DNA from: Candidatus Omnitrophota bacterium
Lineage (GTDB): Bacteria; Omnitrophota; Gorgyraeia; JAUYCX01
Length of the DNA: 24,000 nt
Assembly: GCA_030692045.1 (NCBI GenBank)
Contig: JAUYCX010000015.1
Span: 60,065-84,064, forward strand
Reading direction: 5' to 3'
The position numbers were made by a program, and so were the translations under genes. Below the pieces are notes generated by a model, which was given only the letters and a program-made list of their open reading frames with translations, was not told where the DNA came from and made no database searches. Shown here one piece after another: positions 14,352 to 21,328 of this stretch. Position 1 is the stretch's first letter. The number at the start of each line of letters is the position of its first letter.

Positions 14352-15357
14352 GCGTCTTTTCTCCTTTCTTATAGCGCGAAATTGCGCTGGAAATTATATA
14401 ATTAATTACGTCGGGATAATCCATACCCGCAGCCTTTGCCATTAAGGTAAGATTGCTCTCATCCGGGTCTAAACCCGGCAGCGGATTTACCTCCAGAACA
14501 TAAGGCACATTATCACAACTTAAACGAATATCTGTGCGCGACATATCCAGACAGCCTAAGGCGTGATGTGCCTTTAAAGCGACCTCTTTGATTGTCTTTT
14601 CAATCTGTGGCCCCAGCCTGGCCGGACAATAAAAGGTGGGATTTAACCCCATCTCAACATTTCCTTGATATTCCTTCATCCGCCAGGAATAAAAAAACTC
14701 TCCGCTTTTTGCACAATTTGTAAAATCTATCTCTAAGATGGGCAGAATTGAAGTCTTACCATTTTCTAAAATTCCCACGGTTAATTCCTTGCCCTGAATA
14801 AATTCCTCAACCAGAGCCTCTTGTTTATAAAGCTGGAGTATCTTTTCTATCTCTTCATACAATCTTTTTTCGTTATAGACCACATTGGAAACCGAAATGC
14901 CCTTGGCAGAGCCCTCGCGGTTAGGCTTTACAATCAAGGGAAATTTTAAATCGGGATTCAAACTTTCATGTTTTTTATAAAAAAGTTGGAAATTAGGCGT
15001 TAGGATATTTTCTGAAAGCATTATCTTTTTAGTTAGCGCTTTGTTCAAGGCAAGCGCCAGGGTCGTAACTCCCGAACCAGTATAAGGCACATTTAAAATA
15101 TCCAAAATCGCTGGAACATAGGATTCCCTTAAATTTGAGCCTTTGCCTTCAGCGATATTAAAAACAATATCTGTTTTATGGCTCTTAAAATAAGCATACA
15201 AATCCTCATCCGCCTCAACCAGACTTACATTGTGGCCATTCTTCTTAATTGCCTGGGCAATTGAGAAAACTGTTTTTTCCGAGTCAAACTCCGAAAAGTA
15301 ATCCGCGGGCTTATGCATATCCTTCTTTTTTAAATTAAAGACGAGCGTTATATCCAT
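14296..15357 (-). CDS. D-Ala-D-Ala ligase-family ATP-grasp enzyme (non-canonical), paralogue 2
   Basis: 353 aa. FPLIVKPNREGSAKG, LVEEFIQGKELTV and LEVNPLPG ATP-grasp motifs. Lacks the Ddl N-terminal GG.S.E..VS motif. Confidence 0.8.
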   Translation of the reverse strand: MDITLVFNLKKKDMHKPADYFSEFDSEKTVFSIAQAIKKNGHNVSLVEADEDLYAYFKSHKTDIVFNIAEGKGSNLRESYVPAILDILNVPYTGSGVTTLALALNKALTKKIMLSENILTPNFQLFYKKHESLNPDLKFPLIVKPNREGSAKGISVSNVVYNEKRLYEEIEKILQLYKQEALVEEFIQGKELTVGILENGKTSILPILEIDFTNCAKSGEFFYSWRMKEYQGNVEMGLNPTFYCPARLGPQIEKTIKEVALKAHHALGCLDMSRTDIRLSCDNVPYVLEVNPLPGLDPDESNLTLMAKAAGMDYPDVINYIISSAISRYKKGEKTLERDCTLGARDTVTITNS

Positions 15358-16350
15358 TTAATTCAAATGATACCTTTCTAACGCTGAATTTAAAATCCGG
15401 TTTATCAGTTCTTCGTAAGTTTTATCCATTTGTTTGGCAATAGGGTTTAATACATCTGCGCTTGAGAGAGAAGGCAGGGGATTTACCTCTAAAACAAATG
15501 GCCTGCCAGAATTATCTACGCGGAAATCCACACGGCCTAAATCTCTGCACTCTAAAACCTGGTAACTCTTAAGTGCTAATTCCTGAATTATTGTGTTAAG
15601 TTCTTTACTTATACGCGCCGGACAAACATACTCTAATCGTCTAGAGTGGATACGGGCAAAGGTATAGAACCTGTCTTCTAATTTTAGTTTGCCGTCAATC
15701 TTAATCTGTACAACTGGCAAAACCTGGGGTTCTTCATTTCCGATTATGGCAACCGTATACTCAGAGCCGCTGATAAACTCCTCAACCAGCGCTGGCTGAT
15801 GATATGTGTTAACAATAAAATCTACCTGTTTTTTAAAATCATCCATATTCTCAACGCGCGAGGCATCAGAAAGGCCCTTAGAAGAACCCTCGTAGCGCGG
15901 CTTAACTATTAAAGGAAATTTCAAATGGTCTAAATCATCCAAAGTATCTCCATCCTTTGCCTCCATAAAACGAGGAGTGGGAATTTTCTCAGCCAGAAAT
16001 ATTTTTTTAGTAAGTAGTTTATCCAGGGTAAGGGCAAGCGTCAGCCCATCTGAACCAACATAAGGGATTCCTTTCATCTCTAAAATTACAGGGACTTGTG
16101 ATTCACGATTACGGCCATAAAGCCCTTCGGAAATATTAAAAACAATATCGACTTTCAGCTCATCAAGTTTATCCAAAAGATTATGGACATTGCCAATTTT
16201 TATGACTTTGTGTCCCCCTCTTTCTATTGCCTTGGCAATTACCCCAATGGTAGAAGGAGAATCAAATTCAGCATTAGCATCTCGAGGGTCTCCCTGTTTA
16301 AATTTGTAATCCGTTTTTAAATCAAAGGTTAATCCGACTACTTTACCCAT
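15358..16350 (-). CDS. D-Ala-D-Ala ligase-family ATP-grasp enzyme (non-canonical), paralogue 1
   Basis: 330 aa. FPLIVKPRYEGSSKG, LVEEFISGSEYTV and LEVNPLPS. Clearly paralogous to 14296-15357, with zero-nt spacing to it. Confidence 0.8.
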   Translation of the reverse strand: MGKVVGLTFDLKTDYKFKQGDPRDANAEFDSPSTIGVIAKAIERGGHKVIKIGNVHNLLDKLDELKVDIVFNISEGLYGRNRESQVPVILEMKGIPYVGSDGLTLALTLDKLLTKKIFLAEKIPTPRFMEAKDGDTLDDLDHLKFPLIVKPRYEGSSKGLSDASRVENMDDFKKQVDFIVNTYHQPALVEEFISGSEYTVAIIGNEEPQVLPVVQIKIDGKLKLEDRFYTFARIHSRRLEYVCPARISKELNTIIQELALKSYQVLECRDLGRVDFRVDNSGRPFVLEVNPLPSLSSADVLNPIAKQMDKTYEELINRILNSALERYHLN

Positions 16351-16380
16351 TTTAGTTTATAAATATTGAAAGTTTATTAG

Positions 16381-16475
16381 AACACGAATTTATACTAACC
16401 CAACACGAATTCTCACGAATAATCCTATCAAATAATTCGTATAAATTTGTGTGTAATTCGTGTGAATTTGTGTTA
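16381..16475. promoter_or_regulatory. Cluster of about 7 direct and inverted ACACGAATT / AATTCGTGT motifs; candidate operator array
   Basis: aACACGAATTtatac..aACACGAATTctCACGAATAa..tAATTCGTATaAATTTGTGTgtAATTCGTGTgAATTTGTGTt. Located 30-125 nt upstream of the first ATP-grasp gene. Confidence 0.4.
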
Positions 16476-16497
16476 AAAACTTGTTTTCTCATCTCGC

Positions 16498-16534
16498 ATT
16501 AAAATAAAAAAGGACACCCCCCTCCTTGTGTCCT
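16498..16534 (-). terminator. Candidate intrinsic terminator downstream of the NRAMP gene
   Basis: The minus strand reads AGGACAC-aaggagggggg-GTGTCCT followed by TTTTTTATTTT. It lies about 260 nt after the stop codon, which is rather far. Confidence 0.45.
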
Positions 16535-16794
16535 CTTAAAAGCAACCAAATTTTTCCAACTTAACTTATTTAACCCCCTTCGGCGTTAATTGATTTACTT
16601 ATTTTTAATTACAATTTTATTTTTTCATATACAGATATGTTTGTCAAGGTTTTTTAGAAAATTTTTTATTTTTTTATTCTAAGATATCGACGAATAAAAT
16701 AAATCTTTGATTTTCTATATACAAAAATGATTTTTTAAGTTTAATTCTTTCAGAAAGAGATTATTAAAATAATTTTAAAACTTGGAAAGGAATA

Positions 16795-18042
16795 TTAACT
16801 GATAGGAAAAAGGTAAGAAATTATCATAAATGAGGTTAGGATAATCATAATTACAACAGTTAACCAAGAAATAATATTATAGATTTTGGAATTAATATGC
16901 TCTCCCATAATATCCTTATTATTTACTAAAAACAACATAAATATTAGTATAAATGGCAGTAAAATTCCATTTCCAACCTGAGAAATATACATCATATCCA
17001 AAAGTGGAAAGTTGGGTAGCAACACTGAGCCTGCACCAATAATAATTAAGGCAGTGTACAAACCAAAAAACTGTGGCGCCTCTTTAAATCTTTTATCCAC
17101 TCCTGTCTCCCAGCCCATACCCTCGCAGAAGCTATAAGCAGTTGAAAGTGGTAAAATTGAAGCGGCGAATAAAGAGGCATTAAATAAACCAAAGGCAAAA
17201 AGCCACGAGCAATATTTTCCTGCCAGGGGTTTTAAAGCAAGCGCGGCGTCTTTAGCAGTCTCAATTCTTATGCCTGCCTTAAACAATGTGGCAGCGCATG
17301 CCACCACAATAAAAAAAGCAATTACGACTGCCAAGATACAGCCGCCAATTACATCCCAGCGTGCCAACTTATATTCGCGAACCTTTATACCCTTTTCTAC
17401 AATTGAAGACTGCAAATAAAACTGCATCCAGGGAGCAATGGTTGTTCCCGCAATAGCTACAAGCATCACAAAATATGACGGCTTAAATTTGAATTTTGGA
17501 AAAACCACTTCTTTAGTAATTTCTTGCCAAGGAGGTTGAGCTAAAAATCCTGAAACAACATAAGCAATATAAAATACACAGGCAGTTAAAAAAACCTTCT
17601 CTACACTCTTATAAGTTCCTTTTACTACCAGCCACCAAACAAAAATTCCTGCCAGCGGCACAGAAATATATTTACTTACCCCAAAAATCTCTAAACTGGC
17701 TGCAACTCCGGCAAATTCAGCCACGATATTTCCTAAATTTACTGCAAACAGTGCCAGCATCGTATAAAAGGTAACCTTTACGCCAAAATTTTCGCGAATT
17801 AAATCTGCCAAGCCCTTGCCAGTCACAACCCCCATACGCGAGCAAATCTCTTGAATTACTACAAGTGCAAGGGTTATAGGTATCAAAAACCAGATAAGGC
17901 TATAACCAAAGTGTGCGCCTGCCAGAGAATAGGTGGTTATTCCGCCAGCATCATTATCCACATTGGCAGTGATAATTCCCGGCCCCATTACTGCTAAGAA
18001 AATCAGAATATTACGTAATAATTTATTGCGACGGCGTCTCAT
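16795..18042 (-). CDS. NRAMP/SLC11-family transporter with non-canonical metal site (NRMT-like)
   Basis: Multi-TM ORF. The TM1 motif is VDNDAGGITT (DPGN in Mn/Fe NRAMPs) and the TM6 motif is GTTIAPWMQ (GATVMPHN in Mn/Fe NRAMPs). I prefer the ATG at 18042, which forms an ATGA overlap with the upstream stop, over the track's TTG at 18069. Confidence 0.8.
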   Translation of the reverse strand: MRRRRNKLLRNILIFLAVMGPGIITANVDNDAGGITTYSLAGAHFGYSLIWFLIPITLALVVIQEICSRMGVVTGKGLADLIRENFGVKVTFYTMLALFAVNLGNIVAEFAGVAASLEIFGVSKYISVPLAGIFVWWLVVKGTYKSVEKVFLTACVFYIAYVVSGFLAQPPWQEITKEVVFPKFKFKPSYFVMLVAIAGTTIAPWMQFYLQSSIVEKGIKVREYKLARWDVIGGCILAVVIAFFIVVACAATLFKAGIRIETAKDAALALKPLAGKYCSWLFAFGLFNASLFAASILPLSTAYSFCEGMGWETGVDKRFKEAPQFFGLYTALIIIGAGSVLLPNFPLLDMMYISQVGNGILLPFILIFMLFLVNNKDIMGEHINSKIYNIISWLTVVIMIILTSFMIISYLFPIS

Positions 18043-19331
18043 TTTACTTTCTTTCTTAATCTTCTCCAAGCCAAAGGAATAATTCTGGATAAAATATCAT
18101 CTACAGTAATTACGCCCTGCATAATGCCATCTTTATTAACCACAGGTATTGCAGAACATTTATATTTATCCATTAAATAGGTTACCTCTTTAACGCTATC
18201 ATCGGTATGCACAAAGATATATTTGGGAAACCTCGTCTCCAAAATTAAACTGGCAGGATTGGCGGCTATAATCCTCCTTAAAGAGGTTATGGCAATTAAG
18301 CGATTTTGTTCATCTATAATATAAATGTAATAAATTGTTTCGGCTTGGGAGGTGAATTCCTTTAATTTTTCAAGCGCCTGTTGAACAGTGGCATTTTTGT
18401 CGATTGTAATATATTCGGTTGTCATTAGGCCTCCAGCGGAATCGCTGGAATATCCCAAAAGCAAAGATAATTTTTTTGATTTATTTGTTTCCATAAGAAT
18501 CAGCAAATTATCTACCTTTTCTTTGGTTAAACTTAATAAAAAGTCTGCGGCTTCATCTGCAGGCATGCCTTCTAAAATTGAAACTGCTTCTTTGTCGTCT
18601 AACTTATCCAATATCTCTTGTTGAACCTCTAAATTAAATTCGCCAAAAACCCTCTGCTTCAAAGCTGTATCCAGAGACTTAAATAAACTTACCCTCTGTA
18701 GCCTATCCAAATCTAACATTATCTCTTTTAGCTCAGGAGGAGGGATTTGTGAAAGTTTCTGGCGGGCAATATCCAAACGGATAACATTTTTTGTGCGGCC
18801 AATTGAAAGCGGCTGGGTGTGTTTCCAAGAAATTAAATCCTCTCGGGATAAATAATTTGCTTTGGGCTTAATCAAGCGAACAAAAAAGTCTACAATATTT
18901 TCCCAGCCCAAACGACGCACCAAACCGCGCAGTCCCACTTCCACATGCGCAAGATATAATTGATGGTCAACCCTTAAATGATGAATGTCATTTACCCTAA
19001 CTACCTTCTGATTAAAGGTATCTACTACCTGCTGGTCTAAGAAATCTATATTTATAGAAAAATCGTGTTTGGGACAATTTTTTTGAAATTTTAAATTACT
19101 TAAAGGAACCTTCAATCTTATTGTGCCGTCAAATTCCTCTACATTTTCCCAGGGACATTCAGAGAAATTTTTCTTAAAGCCAATTCCCTTTACAATTATT
19201 AACGCAACCACCTTAGGATAAATTTCATCACTCATTTTTAAGATAAGGTCGTAGAGTTTGCCTACATATTTGTTGTTAATATCGATTATATCTTTTTTAA
19301 GCAGTTCCGAATAATAGACGAATATTTTCAT
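18039..19331 (-). CDS. Soluble PRC-barrel / MgtE N-terminal domain / CBS-pair protein (no transmembrane MgtE domain)
   Basis: 430 aa. N-terminal PRC-barrel-like segment (DINNKYVGKLYDLIL...). MgtE-N-like helices (ILDKLDDKEAVSILEGMPADEAADFLLSLTKEKVDNLL). GGLMTTEYITI, then two CBS motifs ending IPVVNKDGIMQGVITVDDIL. Confidence 0.75.
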   Translation of the reverse strand: MKIFVYYSELLKKDIIDINNKYVGKLYDLILKMSDEIYPKVVALIIVKGIGFKKNFSECPWENVEEFDGTIRLKVPLSNLKFQKNCPKHDFSINIDFLDQQVVDTFNQKVVRVNDIHHLRVDHQLYLAHVEVGLRGLVRRLGWENIVDFFVRLIKPKANYLSREDLISWKHTQPLSIGRTKNVIRLDIARQKLSQIPPPELKEIMLDLDRLQRVSLFKSLDTALKQRVFGEFNLEVQQEILDKLDDKEAVSILEGMPADEAADFLLSLTKEKVDNLLILMETNKSKKLSLLLGYSSDSAGGLMTTEYITIDKNATVQQALEKLKEFTSQAETIYYIYIIDEQNRLIAITSLRRIIAANPASLILETRFPKYIFVHTDDSVKEVTYLMDKYKCSAIPVVNKDGIMQGVITVDDILSRIIPLAWRRLRKKVK

Positions 19332-19332
19332 T

Positions 19333-19989
19333 TTATTTGCTTTTTACAACGCTAATCCTTAAACACAACTTATTTATCCTGCAAATACTACATAAAGCCG
19401 TAACTGGCTTACAAATATTCTGTCCCCAGGTAACTAAAAGCGTATTATACTCTTTCCAGAATTTCTTTGGCAATTTTTTTCTTAAAGCCATTTCTGTCTC
19501 AAGGGGGCTATATGTTTTTACAAAACCTAAGCGGTTAGAAATGCGATGCACATGGGTATCCACACAAACGCCCAATTTATTAAAGCCTTCAGTTAAAACC
19601 AAATTTGCAGTTTTTCTCCCTACGCCCTTTAAAGTTAAAAGCGTATCTAAATCATCAGGAACCCTGCCATTAAATTTGTTAACTAAATCACAACAGATGG
19701 AAAGAATATTTCTTGCTTTAACCCTGTAAAACCCCACAGGAAAAATTGCCTTTTCAATTCTTTTGGTTGTAAGATTAAGCATGTCATAGGGATTATCTGC
19801 TAACTTAAACAACCTCTGGCTTGCACCTTTAGTAGTTAAGTCTTTTGTGCGCAAACTTAAAATGCAGGAAATTAAGACACGGGAGGGACTCTGAGTTGCT
19901 TTACTAATATCAGTAACAATTGGCGTAATAAATTTTTTTGTCTCTCGAGAAAGGATTTGGATAATCTTAGTTATGTCTGGTTTTTTCAT
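19333..19989 (-). CDS. nth: Endonuclease III-family DNA glycosylase/AP lyase (HhH-GPD with 4Fe-4S loop)
   Basis: 218 aa. HhH motif LLTLKGVGRKTANLVL, catalytic-region VDTHVHRISNRLG, and C-terminal CxxxxxxCxxCxxxxxC (CKPVTALCSICRINKLC). Confidence 0.85.
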   Translation of the reverse strand: MKKPDITKIIQILSRETKKFITPIVTDISKATQSPSRVLISCILSLRTKDLTTKGASQRLFKLADNPYDMLNLTTKRIEKAIFPVGFYRVKARNILSICCDLVNKFNGRVPDDLDTLLTLKGVGRKTANLVLTEGFNKLGVCVDTHVHRISNRLGFVKTYSPLETEMALRKKLPKKFWKEYNTLLVTWGQNICKPVTALCSICRINKLCLRISVVKSK

Positions 19990-20007
19990 TCATTGGTTTG
20001 ATTTTGT

Positions 20008-20973
20008 TTAATTATCCTTCTTTTCCTTTTTTCTAAACAAATCTAAGAATCTATCTTCATATTCTTTATAGACATTCCAACTGTCTAACTCTTTTTTTAA
20101 ATCAGCCGCTTTAGTAATATCTTTGTGTGACTGGTTAAACAGCTCTTCGATTTTCTTTTTAGCAGACTCTGGAATTCTGCTTTGCGCGGCAAGGGTTTTT
20201 CTTATTTTTTCTATCTCTTCGTCGCTAATTGGCTTTTCATGCTCATCTAAAGGATGCTTTAAATAGTCAATAAGATGCTCTATTTCTTCTTCCATAATTT
20301 TGCCGGCTAATTGAAGTTCGTTTAAATCTATTTCGAGGTTAAGCTCTTTATTTAAAACCTCAACCACAGCCAATGAAGCTTTGGGATTTTCAATCTGAAT
20401 AGTGTATAAAGGGATTTCTCCCAACAGGCAAAACCCAGAAAACTTCTGTTCTTTGGCTAAACCCAAAAATAAACCATTTAATCCGCTAATCATACCGGTA
20501 GTTAAGGGCTTAACATTAAATTTTTTAAACTGTTCCGCTAATCCTTTGTGTGTGGCAGTTACCCAAACCTGTGATTTTTGCAAGTGGTCAATAGGCAATG
20601 GCATAGCTGCAAATGTATAAATCATTCTTACCTTAAACGTAGAAATAAAATCTAAAATCTCTTTTGTGTAAGGCAAAATTTTATCTGGGGAAGGCTGGGC
20701 TTCACTAATAAAAATTATCAAATCATTTTTGCCTTTTTTGTTTTGCCAATAATAAAATTTGGCTTGGGGAAAGGTAGGAACTTTAACTAATGTATCCTCT
20801 ATTAAAATGTCGCTCACATAAAAGAAGTCTTTAGCTTCAAATTCTGCAAAGGGAAATGCCTTTAATTTTTCTTTTAAAAAAATTGCTGCTTTAAGGCTGA
20901 CGCTTCCCATACCCGGCCAAGCGGCAATAAAAATAGGATTTTTGGCTTTAATGTTTCTTTGGATTTTAATCAT
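20008..20973 (-). CDS. PAC2 (proteasome assembly chaperone 2-like) family protein with a charged coiled-coil C-terminal extension
   Basis: 321 aa. The N-terminus PIFIAAWPGMGSVSLKAAIFLKEKLKAFPFAEF resembles the PAC2-family signature (..G.PG.G.VG..A...L...L.A..FAE.). The C-terminal roughly 90 aa are rich in Glu and Lys. Confidence 0.55.
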   Translation of the reverse strand: MIKIQRNIKAKNPIFIAAWPGMGSVSLKAAIFLKEKLKAFPFAEFEAKDFFYVSDILIEDTLVKVPTFPQAKFYYWQNKKGKNDLIIFISEAQPSPDKILPYTKEILDFISTFKVRMIYTFAAMPLPIDHLQKSQVWVTATHKGLAEQFKKFNVKPLTTGMISGLNGLFLGLAKEQKFSGFCLLGEIPLYTIQIENPKASLAVVEVLNKELNLEIDLNELQLAGKIMEEEIEHLIDYLKHPLDEHEKPISDEEIEKIRKTLAAQSRIPESAKKKIEELFNQSHKDITKAADLKKELDSWNVYKEYEDRFLDLFRKKEKKDN

Positions 20974-21059
20974 CTTCTTTTAAGTGAATAATTTTAACAT
21001 AGCCGATGTAAAATTGCAATAAATTGTAAAAGTCCAAAAAATATACTTATTGGGTTTAA

Positions 21060-21087
21060 TTGAAAAAATTAAATTTTATGCTATACT
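21060..21087 (+). promoter_or_regulatory. Candidate sigma-70 promoter (extended -10) for the pilin leader
   Basis: TTGAAA, a 16-nt spacer ending in TGc, then TATACT. AT-rich background makes this tentative. Confidence 0.3.
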
Positions 21088-21094
21088 TTATAAT

Positions 21095-21275
21095 GTAGAT
21101 TTAATATAATACTTGTTGAGGTTAGTCAATTTTTGGCTAACTAAAAAGGTAAACCAATCTTCCTTAAAGATAAAGGAAGACCCCGGAGTATTGTCGGGGG
21201 CCGTAAGGATGGGGCACAAAGCTAAAGGGTCCGCCAAATAAATTTGGCGAGACAGCCAGCTGCCAACAGGATAAT
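21095..21275 (+). promoter_or_regulatory. Structured 5' leader, candidate riboswitch or attenuator sensor domain (class unassigned)
   Basis: Hairpins at 21157-21179 (TCTTCCTT/AAGGAAGA) and 21180-21200 (CCCCGG../..CGGGGG), and an irregular 52-nt hairpin at 21213-21264 with apical stem CGCCAAA-TAAA-TTTGGCG. AUGGG at 21209-21213 can pair with CCCAU in the 5' arm of the terminator. Confidence 0.4.
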
Positions 21276-21316
21276 AAAAAACCCATTCTTTAGGCAAATG
21301 AATGGGTTTTTGTTTT
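21276..21316 (+). terminator. Intrinsic terminator immediately upstream of the pilin SD and start codon (expression platform)
   Basis: AAAAACCCATTC-loop-GAATGGGTTTTTGTTTT, followed directly by the AAAGGAG SD and the ATG at 21329. No upstream plus-strand gene exists for it to terminate. Confidence 0.7.
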
Positions 21317-21328
21317 AAAGGAGTGGCG

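Noticed and set aside
14296-16350. Cell-wall D-alanine--D-alanine ligase (ddl) x2
   Set aside because: The ATP-grasp core is present. However, the Ddl N-terminal GG.S.E..VS motif is absent, the two genes are tandem paralogues fused to kamA, and no mur or ftsQ context exists. They are called family members with a different, unknown substrate.
16795-18069. Mn2+/Fe2+ transporter MntH, and the TTG start at 18069
   Set aside because: The metal-site motifs DPGN and MPH are replaced (DAGG, APW), so Mn/Fe specificity is unlikely. The ATG at 18042 forms an ATGA stop-start overlap with the upstream gene and is the more plausible start.
18388-18624. 78-aa plus-strand ORF
   Set aside because: It is antisense to the MgtE-N/CBS gene.
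19337-19729. 130-aa plus-strand ORF
   Set aside because: It is antisense to the endonuclease III gene, whose HhH and Fe-S motifs read on the minus strand.
20402-20620. 72-aa plus-strand ORF
   Set aside because: It is antisense to the PAC2-family gene.
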